This document shows, one piece after another, positions 9,046 through 16,662 of a DNA stretch of 64,000 bases. Where the stretch lies: the NCBI GenBank assembly GCA_964651115.1, contig CAZYXJ010000001.1:380243-444242 (forward strand), given 5' to 3'. Each line of letters opens with the position of its first letter. Positions within the stretch are counted from its first letter, which is position 1. The notes below the pieces were generated by a model. The model saw only the letters and a program-made list of their open reading frames with translations, was not told where the DNA came from and made no database searches. The stretch comes from an uncultured Candidatus Saccharibacteria bacterium (GTDB taxonomy: Bacteria; Patescibacteriota; Minisyncoccia; Phycocordibacterales; JACOZG01). Position numbers and translations under genes: made by a program.

Positions 9046-10971
9046 ATGGATCCTTTAGCTGGCCTTAATCCTTCGCAAACTACTGCCGCCGCGCACCAAA
9101 ACGGCCCACTGCTAGTGGTTGCCGGTGCGGGAGCCGGAAAAACGAAAACGGTCGCTCATCGCATCTGGAACCTAATCCACCACGGCGTGCCCCCCGAGGC
9201 GATTTTGGCCATCACCTTTACCAACAAAGCGGCCAGCGAAATGCGCGAACGAGTCCACCGCTTGGTCACAGCCGCGACCGGAGAAAATCGCCAGCCCTTC
9301 GTCTCGACCTTCCACGCGCTGGGAGTATTTATCATCCGAGAGAATGCCGCGCTTTTGGGATTAAGCAAATTTTTCTCAATCATCGATAAGGACGAAGCTC
9401 TGTCGGCCATTAAAAGTATTTTGAAGGAGCGCGGCCATGATCCAAAAACCGTCGAACCTAAAAAAGTTTTGAGCGCCATCTCACGCGCCAAAGGAGCGGG
9501 GATTACTCAAAGTAATTTTTCCGAGCGACACGTCGAAAGCTATTTTGGCGAAATTGTCTCGAGTGTTTGGCGCGCTTACGACTCACGACTCAAGGAGCAG
9601 GGCGCGCTCGACTTTGATGACCTGCTCCAAAAAACCGTCGAGCTCTGGAAAAATCATCCGGCCGTTTTGGAGCGCTACCAAAATCGCTGGCGCTATCTGC
9701 ACATCGACGAATATCAAGACACCAACAGCATCCAATATCAGATGGCGCGTCTTTTGGCCACGCGTCATCGCAACATCTGCGTCGTCGGCGACATTGATCA
9801 ATCAATTTATTCTTGGCGCGGCGCTGACTACAAAAATATTATGCGCTTCGAAGAAGATTACCCCGATGCCACCGTCGTCACCTTGGAACAAAATTATCGT
9901 TCGACCAAAACTATTCTGGCGGCGGCTAACGCGGTCATTAAAAAAAATCGCTCCCGTCGCGAAAAAAATCTTTTCACCGATAACGAAGACGGCGAATTGA
10001 TCAAATTGATTGTGGCTTTTGATGGCAACGACGAGGCCGCCAGGATCGCGAACGAAGCGAACACTCTCATCCGCGGCGGAACCAAAGCCAGCGACATCGC
10101 CGTGCTCTATCGAGCCAACTTCTTATCGCGCGCGCTGGAAGAAGCTTTTTTGCGCGCTGGCGTCCACTACCATGTTTTGGGCACCCGCTTTTTTGAACGG
10201 GCCGAAGTCAAAGATGTTTTAGCTTTCCTCAAAGCCGCGCTTAATCCGCAAGACATTGAGAGCACTAAGCGAATCATTAATGTGCCGGCCCGCGGCATCG
10301 GCAAAGTAACGCTGGCCAAATTATTTGCTCACGGGCCAGACTCCCTCGCCAAAGAAGTGCGGAAAAAAGTTAACGACTTCTACGAAACTATGGCCGACAT
10401 CAAGCGCGTCGCCGAACAAGAAAAACCATCAGTCACCATTAAATACATTGTTGAACGAAGCGGACTGGCCAACGCTCTGAAGGCCGGCGGTGATGACGAT
10501 CTCGAGCGTCTAGAAAACGTCCGCGAACTCGCCACCCTCGCGACTAAGTATGACGATCTCGGACCAGAGGAGGGGATTTGGAAACTTCTCACTGAGGCGG
10601 CGCTAATGTCGGATCAGGACGAATTAACTGAGGATCAAAAGGGTGTCCACTTGATGACCGTCCACGCCGCCAAGGGTCTAGAATTTGATTACGTTTTTGT
10701 AGCCGGATTAGAGCAAGACTTATTCCCTAGCGGACGATCGAAAAACGAAGATGCCGACCAGCGTGACGACGAGGAGGAGCGACGACTATTTTACGTGGCG
10801 GTGACGCGAGCCAAAAAACGACTCTACTTAACTTACGCGCAGATGCGCACGATCTATGGCCAGCGAATGATGACTTTGCCCTCAGAATTTATCGGCGACA
10901 TCGCGCCCGAATTACTGGAGGCCGAAGACGCCGAAGATCCATTTAAAAATTCTTATTTTATTGATTTTTAA
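9046..10971 (+). CDS. pcrA: UvrD/PcrA-family ATP-dependent DNA helicase
   Basis: Walker A AGAGAGKTKT; helicase motifs YLHIDEYQDTN, VVGDIDQSIY, QNYRS and the C-terminal VHAAKGLEFDYVFVAGLE motif. Confidence 0.85.
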   Translation: MDPLAGLNPSQTTAAAHQNGPLLVVAGAGAGKTKTVAHRIWNLIHHGVPPEAILAITFTNKAASEMRERVHRLVTAATGENRQPFVSTFHALGVFIIRENAALLGLSKFFSIIDKDEALSAIKSILKERGHDPKTVEPKKVLSAISRAKGAGITQSNFSERHVESYFGEIVSSVWRAYDSRLKEQGALDFDDLLQKTVELWKNHPAVLERYQNRWRYLHIDEYQDTNSIQYQMARLLATRHRNICVVGDIDQSIYSWRGADYKNIMRFEEDYPDATVVTLEQNYRSTKTILAAANAVIKKNRSRREKNLFTDNEDGELIKLIVAFDGNDEAARIANEANTLIRGGTKASDIAVLYRANFLSRALEEAFLRAGVHYHVLGTRFFERAEVKDVLAFLKAALNPQDIESTKRIINVPARGIGKVTLAKLFAHGPDSLAKEVRKKVNDFYETMADIKRVAEQEKPSVTIKYIVERSGLANALKAGGDDDLERLENVRELATLATKYDDLGPEEGIWKLLTEAALMSDQDELTEDQKGVHLMTVHAAKGLEFDYVFVAGLEQDLFPSGRSKNEDADQRDDEEERRLFYVAVTRAKKRLYLTYAQMRTIYGQRMMTLPSEFIGDIAPELLEAEDAEDPFKNSYFIDF

Positions 10972-10985
10972 TTGCTCGGATATAT

Positions 10986-11013
10986 TTGACTTAAAAATCA
11001 CCCGGCGTAAGAT
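10986..11013 (+). promoter_or_regulatory. predicted sigma70 promoter (TTGACT-N16-TAAGAT) for the 11041 gene
   Basis: -35/-10 hexamers at correct spacing, followed by AAAGGAGG Shine-Dalgarno and ATG. Confidence 0.45.
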
Positions 11014-11040
11014 GATGCTCAGACAAGAAAGGAGGCCGTT

Positions 11041-11472
11041 ATGGCCCAGATCATCGTTCGCCAACACTTTGGCAAGCAATCTCTAACTCCCCCTGTCGCC
11101 GCACTGGCATACGGAGCCATATCCAGGAGCATGGATGGATCGAGGGGTTATTGGTACCAAATCAAAAAACTGGTCATCGAACTTTCTTTTTTCCGCCCCA
11201 GCCTGGACGGACGAAAATCCATCCGCGTACCGGAAGGAGTCCTAGCGGTTAGTCTAACGATCAGCCTCCAGCACTCAGGCGTACGAGTGACCTCGCAGCG
11301 ATATTTAAATGGCCCGAACAACGTCACCGAACGCGACATCCAAGACGCCATCTCGTTCGCGTGGGAGATGTCCCTCAAGCAAGAACAAAAGTGTGCTAAT
11401 AGGAATAAAAAGGCCCAAGAAGAGATCCGGCAAACCATCTCCCATCTACAAGATCAAACCTGGTGCCCATGA
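11041..11472 (+). CDS. hypothetical protein (143 aa)
   Basis: Strong Shine-Dalgarno AAAGGAGG, own promoter and own terminator; no recognisable domain. Confidence 0.5.
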   Translation: MAQIIVRQHFGKQSLTPPVAALAYGAISRSMDGSRGYWYQIKKLVIELSFFRPSLDGRKSIRVPEGVLAVSLTISLQHSGVRVTSQRYLNGPNNVTERDIQDAISFAWEMSLKQEQKCANRNKKAQEEIRQTISHLQDQTWCP

Positions 11473-11478
11473 TCGCTC

Positions 11479-11518
11479 GCCCCAACTCTGGGGCTTTTTC
11501 TTTTTTCCAAAATTGACA
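11479..11518 (+). repeat. terminator/UP-element/-35 module copy 1 (GCCCCA-loop-TGGGGC hairpin, CTTTTTCTTTTTTCCAAAATTGACA)
   Basis: Hairpin and T-run immediately followed by AAAATTGACA. The same ~35-nt core recurs at 12061-12130, 14313-14380, 14682-14745 and 39268-39360. Confidence 0.6.
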
Positions 11519-11594
11519 AATTTTAAATATTAAGTAGTTTTAATGACGGAATCCGCGTTAAGTCAGAGACCACAAGCACACAAGAAGAATAACA

Positions 11595-12035
11595 GTGGAA
11601 CTGGCAAGATTGGTTGTCTATACTCTTTGGGGAAAAAATCCTCTAGCGGCTTACGAGCTCGTTAAGGGGGCGCACCAAATTCTGGGTGCCATCCCTGGCA
11701 CCAAAGTAGAAACCTTGGGGGTAGAGAATTCTGACCGGGCCGTAGCCGGGGCCGCCGGGAAAATCATCAAGATTACCCGTTGGCCAAGCAAGGCCGAGTT
11801 ACAGGTCTACGAGAATCATCCCAACCTCCGGCAGTGGTGCAAATATGTCTTACGAGGTTGGATGCTAAAAGGGAGTACCGCATCCGATCCCGCCACAGAA
11901 TTCATCGATTTCATTCTCTCGGCCAACAAAGCTGACCATCGAGAATGGGCCCGAGACCCGAATTACGAAGACTCCAAAGTGATCTGGGGCGGCGAGGAAG
12001 TTTGGCCTTGCCAAGTAATTCCTCCGCAACACTGA
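11595..12035 (+). CDS. Dabb-like (stress-responsive dimeric alpha+beta barrel) domain protein
   Basis: GTG start. The segment ITRWPSKAELQVYENHPNLRQWCKYVLRGWML resembles the Dabb signature (..EALQAYLAHPAH.AFVE..); weak call from memory. Confidence 0.4.
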   Translation: MELARLVVYTLWGKNPLAAYELVKGAHQILGAIPGTKVETLGVENSDRAVAGAAGKIIKITRWPSKAELQVYENHPNLRQWCKYVLRGWMLKGSTASDPATEFIDFILSANKADHREWARDPNYEDSKVIWGGEEVWPCQVIPPQH

Positions 12036-12060
12036 TCGGCAACCGTTACACACCCACCAA

Positions 12061-12130
12061 CCCCGACCGTCAGCCGACGATCGGGGTCTTTCTTTTCCAA
12101 AATTGACACCGCGCTCGGGGGGAGTAGGAT
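12061..12130 (+). repeat. terminator + promoter module copy 2 (TTGACA-N16-TAGGAT)
   Basis: CCCCGAccg...CGATCGGGG hairpin and T-run, then AAAATTGACACCGCGCTCGGGGGGAGTAGGATAG. Near-identical to the 14341-14382 copy through the -10 element. Confidence 0.6.
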
Positions 12131-12163
12131 AGTCCAAACAGGTCATCGAGAAAGGAGGCCACG

Positions 12164-12670
12164 ATGAAGATAACCTTCATCCAGACCGGCGGAACCTTCG
12201 ATAAGGATTACCCCGTCGGCAAAGCATACGAGTTTGTGATCGGTGATTCGGCCGTGCCAACAGTACTCACCCCAGTAAATCCCGCGTTCGAGTTCGAGGT
12301 CGTGACACTGCTTAAAAAGGACAGTAGCGATATTCGTAAACCGGATCGGGATAAGATCGTCCAAGCGTGCCGAAGTTGCAAGAATGATCGAATTATTGTG
12401 ACCCACGGCACGGACACGATGATCAAAACAGCAAAAGCGATCCAGGGGATTGAAAACAAGAGGATTGTGCTGACCGGCAGCACCAAGCCGCAACGGTTCA
12501 AGGAGACCGACGCCGATTTTAATCTCGGTTTTGCAATTGCCGCTGTGCAATTGATCAAACCCGGCGTGTATGTGGCAATGAACGGCCAAGTACACCATTG
12601 GTCTCGCTGCCTCAAAAACATGGAAACCGGGCAATTTGTAAAACATATCCCGGATCCACCATTCAAATAG
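12164..12670 (+). CDS. L-asparaginase N-terminal-domain-like protein (single domain, 168 aa)
   Basis: MKITFIQTGGTFDK (asparaginase TGGTIAG-type motif) and VTHGTDTM (hGTDTM motif); no C-terminal asparaginase domain. Shine-Dalgarno AAAGGAGG. Confidence 0.55.
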   Translation: MKITFIQTGGTFDKDYPVGKAYEFVIGDSAVPTVLTPVNPAFEFEVVTLLKKDSSDIRKPDRDKIVQACRSCKNDRIIVTHGTDTMIKTAKAIQGIENKRIVLTGSTKPQRFKETDADFNLGFAIAAVQLIKPGVYVAMNGQVHHWSRCLKNMETGQFVKHIPDPPFK

Positions 12671-12696
12671 AATGAACCAATCATCTGAAGCGCCGC

Positions 12697-12751
12697 GGCC
12701 ACGACTTGTCGTGGCCTTTTTCATTGACGCCAAGTTTTAGTGGAGTAGGAT
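12697..12751 (+). repeat. terminator (GGCCACGAC-ttg-TCGTGGCC + T-run) fused to promoter TTGACG-N16-TAGGAT
   Basis: Perfect 9-bp hairpin then TTTTTCATTGACGCCAAGTTTTAGTGGAGTAGGAT; the -10 context GAGTAGGAT is shared with module copy 2. Confidence 0.55.
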
Positions 12752-12768
12752 TTGATCATAAATATTTT

Positions 12769-13209
12769 ATGAGCGACGAGATCAATCGACCAAAAGTGGG
12801 AGTAGGGGTGATGATTATTAAAGATGGGAAAGTTTTGATGGCCAAACGCAAAGGATCGCACGGTGCAGGAGAATACGGCTTCCCCGGTGGCCACTTAGAA
12901 AATTTAGAGTCGTTTGAAGATTGTGCCGTCAGGGAAACGCGCGAGGAGTGTGGTATTGAAATAAAGAATATTAAATTTCTTTACGTCACCAACATTACCA
13001 AGTACGCCCCTAAACATTATGTTCACATTGGCGTGACGGCTGAATGGGCGAGCGGCGAACCAAAAACTTTGGAATCAGAAAAGGCCGAAGGGTGGCAATG
13101 GCACGATTTAAATAATTTACCCGAGGGCCCAACTTTCGAATTCTGCAAATTAGCTTTTGATGCCTACAAAACCGGCAAAGTTTATTACCCACTAATGAAA
13201 GCTGACTAA
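12769..13209 (+). CDS. Nudix hydrolase (MutT family)
   Basis: Nudix box GGHLENLESFEDCAVRETREECGIE (GX5EX7REUXEEXGU). Start placed at the ATG downstream of the predicted promoter; the track ORF begins at 12706. Confidence 0.8.
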   Translation: MSDEINRPKVGVGVMIIKDGKVLMAKRKGSHGAGEYGFPGGHLENLESFEDCAVRETREECGIEIKNIKFLYVTNITKYAPKHYVHIGVTAEWASGEPKTLESEKAEGWQWHDLNNLPEGPTFEFCKLAFDAYKTGKVYYPLMKAD

Positions 13210-13308
13210 AATACCGTTTGACTTTAACTAATTTTTGTGTTAGTTACAAAACAGAGCTCTTCGATAAGAGCCTAGAATAAAACACCTCTTTCAAGAAAGG
13301 AACGGTCT

Positions 13309-13803
13309 GTGGAACCTGCAAAATTCGTAAAAACACGCAAGTTCAAGATGCTGGTTGGAGTAGGAGGAGGAGTCTTCGTGCTCTCCTTCATCGTCTTTCT
13401 CGTTTGGTACGGCTTCTGGGTCAACTTTGTCGAGAACTACCAATACGGCTTCGTCTACGACAAGTTCAGCGGGGAAATCACCCCCCTGGATCACACCGGC
13501 TGGGTGGTGCGCAACCCCTGGCACTACAGCGTCCATTCGATCGACACCAGACCCTACCAGGTGTCGATCAGCGCCAACGAACGCGTTCTGAACGCGAAGC
13601 TTATCCGCTTCAACACCGAAGGCATCAAGACCTTTGTGGAGTGGCACGGACGGGCCGCCGGCGACGACACTTACAGCCTCAAAGAGATTCTGAAGTGCTA
13701 CGCCTTCGATCGTGATGAGGGCCGTGATTGCCCCTTCCTCACCGTCATCAGCGTGTTGGCGCCGAATCAGGCTGCCGGCCCCGTTGCCACTAAGGAGAAG
13801 TAA
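13309..13803 (+). CDS. hypothetical N-terminally anchored protein, paralog of the next gene
   Basis: N-terminal TM (MLVGVGGGVFVLSFIVFLVWYGFW). Shared motifs with the next ORF: ..SIDTRPYQVSI / ..RVDTRPMRVAV, NAKLIRF / SAKLIQF, EW..TVEGFRYW, CPFLTVI / YPFLRIL. GC-rich codon usage. Confidence 0.55.
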   Translation: MEPAKFVKTRKFKMLVGVGGGVFVLSFIVFLVWYGFWVNFVENYQYGFVYDKFSGEITPLDHTGWVVRNPWHYSVHSIDTRPYQVSISANERVLNAKLIRFNTEGIKTFVEWHGRAAGDDTYSLKEILKCYAFDRDEGRDCPFLTVISVLAPNQAAGPVATKEK

Positions 13804-14279
13804 TGCGGACTATCCAACCGGGGATCATCCTGAGTAAAGCCTGGCATAACCGCTGGGTGAAAAGGATCACGCCCGTACTCACTGGCGCCGTACTCTTCTA
13901 CCTGCTTTGCCTTAACCACAACGAGCCCACCCAAATCGGCATTGCTCGCAATCGAGTAAACGGTGCTATGTGGACTCAAAGAGGAGGCTGGCACCTGACG
14001 TCGCCCTGGGTTTCCGTGGCCCGCGTTGACACTCGTCCCATGAGAGTGGCGGTGAACTCGGCCGGACACGGTTACAGCGCCAAGCTGATCCAGTTTGCCC
14101 CTGAACACTGGCAAGAGTTCGTGACCGTAGAAGGCTTTCGCTATTGGTGGTGGGCCAACCGGTTCTCCTTCAACGGAGGGTACGACGAGGAGTACCGCGG
14201 AATGAGAGACATTCTCCGAGGCCATGCCTATGGAACCAAGTCATACCCGTTTCTGCGGATACTCAACGAGTACCAGTAG
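13803..14279 (+). CDS. hypothetical N-terminally anchored protein, paralog of the previous gene
   Basis: Start ATG overlaps the upstream stop (TAATG), implying translational coupling. N-terminal TM ITPVLTGAVLFYLLCL; paralogous motifs listed for the previous gene. Confidence 0.55.
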   Translation: MRTIQPGIILSKAWHNRWVKRITPVLTGAVLFYLLCLNHNEPTQIGIARNRVNGAMWTQRGGWHLTSPWVSVARVDTRPMRVAVNSAGHGYSAKLIQFAPEHWQEFVTVEGFRYWWWANRFSFNGGYDEEYRGMRDILRGHAYGTKSYPFLRILNEYQ

Positions 14280-14312
14280 AAACCACTCACCAACGACAAG
14301 TTCTCTTTCGCC

Positions 14313-14380
14313 CTGACGCACCAGCGCCGGGGCTTTTTCTTTTTTCAAAAATTGACACCGCGCTCGGGCGAGAGTAGGGT
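14313..14380 (+). repeat. terminator + promoter module copy 3 (TTGACA-N17-TAGGGT)
   Basis: GGGGCTTTTTCTTTTTTCAAAAATTGACACCGCGCTCGGGCGAGAGTAGGGTAG, then AGGAAGGA Shine-Dalgarno and ATG at 14415. Confidence 0.6.
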
Positions 14381-14414
14381 AGTTTTGGATCTATTTAACT
14401 TAGGAAGGACAAGA

Positions 14415-14642
14415 ATGGACCGAAAAACGATCACTAAGTTGCACAACGCCGCCAAGATAATTGAAGTGGACGGCGACGAAGGAGTCCAAGCGGCAACCAG
14501 AGTGGCAGGAGAAGAGGTGGCCATAGCTCTCCTCATCGCTCACTTGCGGCGAGCCAGCGGTTCGATGGAGACTTATCCGCCCAACCCGAACATCGAGCTG
14601 CAGGTGAACCGTCTGCTTGAGGGCAAGGGCTTGATTCCTTAA
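14415..14642 (+). CDS. hypothetical small protein (75 aa)
   Basis: ATG 7 nt after a GGAAGGA Shine-Dalgarno, downstream of module copy 3; the track ORF 14352..14642 is trimmed to this start. Confidence 0.45.
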   Translation: MDRKTITKLHNAAKIIEVDGDEGVQAATRVAGEEVAIALLIAHLRRASGSMETYPPNPNIELQVNRLLEGKGLIP

Positions 14643-14681
14643 CCGACCCGCGTCACCTCCAAAACAAAAAGTTTGCCCTTA

Positions 14682-14745
14682 GCTCCGCCCCGCGGAGCTT
14701 TTTTCTTTTTCAAAAATTGACACCAAGAAGAATCCGCATATTATT
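14682..14745 (+). repeat. terminator (GCTCCGC-ccc-GCGGAGC + T-run) + promoter module copy 4
   Basis: Perfect 7-bp hairpin, then TTTTTTCTTTTTCAAAAATTGACACC, with a -10-like ATTATT 17 nt downstream. Confidence 0.55.
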
Positions 14746-14769
14746 GGGATAATCTCAAGTTACCTCCAC

Positions 14770-15297
14770 ATGTTACAGCCAACAGAAATTCTAGCAGAAA
14801 TTAAAAGCCGGCCACCGCTTCAAAGAAAAAGCGCGGAGGAAAGCTATCGAGGAATAAAAGTTAATTGGAAACTTACGTTTAAGGACGCTCACCGAAGAAA
14901 TACCAACTTATTAATTCACGCCTGGCCTGAAAATAGTTTGTACCCAGATGTAGATTTCGAGGTAAATAAAGACGCCTACCCACATTTTAACATTTTACAT
15001 GACGGGGAGCTATTTTGGGTAAAGGGAAAAATAAGTGAATTAACTATGTATAAAATTCAATTAATAGACTGCGAGGTCAAATTTAGCGACGAATCGGAAT
15101 CCCAAAATGTTGAACAACCCTCTACAGGGAGCACTTTCGTAAATTCACAGATTCATTATGGAAATGGAGACAACGTTATTGGTAAAAAAACCATGGCCGT
15201 CGAAAGAAGTTTCTGGTCTAGTCTAGTAGGTCAGGTAATTGTAGGACTATCAGTTACTGCTATTGTCGCTATTTTTACTTATATTTTAAATAAGTGA
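14770..15297 (+). CDS. hypothetical C-terminally membrane-anchored protein, AT-rich (foreign-looking)
   Basis: C-terminal TM LVGQVIVGLSVTAIVAIFTYIL; by eye GC is roughly 38-40% versus about 50-55% in neighbours; no Shine-Dalgarno. Confidence 0.5.
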   Translation: MLQPTEILAEIKSRPPLQRKSAEESYRGIKVNWKLTFKDAHRRNTNLLIHAWPENSLYPDVDFEVNKDAYPHFNILHDGELFWVKGKISELTMYKIQLIDCEVKFSDESESQNVEQPSTGSTFVNSQIHYGNGDNVIGKKTMAVERSFWSSLVGQVIVGLSVTAIVAIFTYILNK

Positions 15298-16085
15298 TTA
15301 CTCGTCCTAAAAAATCACTCGGGCAAAATTGGCTCCGAAGCGAAGCGGCGAGAGCGGCGATTATTGAGGCGGCCGAGCTTGGCACTACTTCGCCCTCTGG
15401 GCTTCGAAGTACGACGACTAACGTCGTCGAGATTGGCCCCGGCGAAGGTTTTTTAACCGAAGCTCTACTGGCCACCGGCGCCACCGTCACCGCCATTGAG
15501 AAGGACGACCGCCTCATTGGCCTACTTTCCACCAAATTTTCCGCTCCACTCACGACCGGTCAGCTCAAGTTAATCCATGGCGACGCCCTCGATCAACCGC
15601 CACCAAGCGCGCCTTACAAAATCGTGGCTAATATACCTTATTATTTGACCGGGGAGATCTTGCGCCACTTCTTAACCCACTCCCATCAACCAACTCAGAT
15701 GGTCTTGATGCTCCAAAAAGAGGTGGCCGACCGGATTATTGCCCGGGATGGCAAAGAATCCTTACTCTCAATCTCCGTCAAAGCTTATGGCGAGCCAATT
15801 TATGTAAAAACTGTCCCGCGGGGCGCCTTTTCGCCCGTGCCCAACGTCGATTCGGCCATTCTTAACATTAAAAATATCTCTCGGGCTCGTCTAAAGAGGG
15901 AAGAGGAGTCTCGTTTTTGGGAAATTCTCCATTTAGGCTTCGCTCATAAACGTAAGTTAGTCTTAAAAAATCTGGGTTGTTCGACAGCCATCGCCGAGCT
16001 CTGTACAATTAGCCCCAAAGCCCGAGCAGAAAATCTAACCCTTAAACAATGGCTATGCCTAACGAAGCAACCGAACCTCCAGTAA
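15294..16085 (+). CDS. rsmA: 16S rRNA (adenine1518-N6/adenine1519-N6)-dimethyltransferase
   Basis: KsgA motifs SLGQNWL, VVEIGPGEGFLT, IVANIPYYLT. Confidence 0.85.
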   Translation: MITRPKKSLGQNWLRSEAARAAIIEAAELGTTSPSGLRSTTTNVVEIGPGEGFLTEALLATGATVTAIEKDDRLIGLLSTKFSAPLTTGQLKLIHGDALDQPPPSAPYKIVANIPYYLTGEILRHFLTHSHQPTQMVLMLQKEVADRIIARDGKESLLSISVKAYGEPIYVKTVPRGAFSPVPNVDSAILNIKNISRARLKREEESRFWEILHLGFAHKRKLVLKNLGCSTAIAELCTISPKARAENLTLKQWLCLTKQPNLQ

Positions 16086-16108
16086 AATTACCCGGCTCAG
16101 GCTGGTTT

Positions 16109-16639
16109 ATGGCCATGATTGGCCTGGCTCTGGTCGTTTTGGGACTAGCCCACTCCTTGACCTTATCGAACAACACCGCATCCGAAGCCCCGGGTCTAAC
16201 CAGCACCGCCAACCCATCCGCAATTGACGAAAATTCCACTTTACCGCTCAGCAAGGCCACTACTTCGAAAATTAAGATCAACAACTTAACCCTCGACGTC
16301 TTTTTGGCCGCTGATCCAGTGGCTCAAGCCCAAGGCCTGTCGGGGCGGCCAGCCCTCGGCCCACTCGAAGGGATGCTCTTTATCTTTAATCGCGACACCG
16401 AACCAAACTTCTGGATGAAAGATATGAACTTCGCCATCGACATCATCTGGATTGATCAAGCCGGCCGAGTTATTGCCATCGAACCCAATCTCACCCCCGA
16501 TACTTATCCCAACTATTTTGCTCCACCCGAACCAATCCGCTACGTCTTGGAAGTAAACGCGGGCTTTGCCGATACTCATCAGATTACACTGGGTAATTTT
16601 ATCCACTTTCTTGAGCCAGAAGTCGTGAACACTCAGTGA
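16109..16639 (+). CDS. DUF192 (COG1430) family protein with N-terminal signal/TM
   Basis: FIFNRDTEPNFWMKDMNFAIDIIWIDQAGRVIAIEP matches the DUF192 core; start taken at the internal ATG (MAMIGLALVVLG). Confidence 0.6.
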   Translation: MAMIGLALVVLGLAHSLTLSNNTASEAPGLTSTANPSAIDENSTLPLSKATTSKIKINNLTLDVFLAADPVAQAQGLSGRPALGPLEGMLFIFNRDTEPNFWMKDMNFAIDIIWIDQAGRVIAIEPNLTPDTYPNYFAPPEPIRYVLEVNAGFADTHQITLGNFIHFLEPEVVNTQ

Positions 16640-16662
16640 AAAACAAGTTATAATAAACTTGG

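Noticed and set aside
12143-12733. 196-aa minus-strand ORF (and 164-aa ORF 12208..12702) antisense to the asparaginase-like gene
   Set aside because: They fully overlap a plus-strand gene that has a Shine-Dalgarno, promoter, terminator and recognisable motifs. The antisense translation has no Shine-Dalgarno and a low-complexity, Cys/His-rich junk-like composition.
13767-14225. 152-aa minus-strand ORF antisense to paralog F
   Set aside because: It lies entirely within a better-supported plus-strand gene, and the GC-rich region inflates spurious antisense ORFs.
10972-15297. Integron cassette array
   Set aside because: No integrase gene, no attI/attC-like imperfect inverted repeats; each gene instead has its own promoter and terminator.
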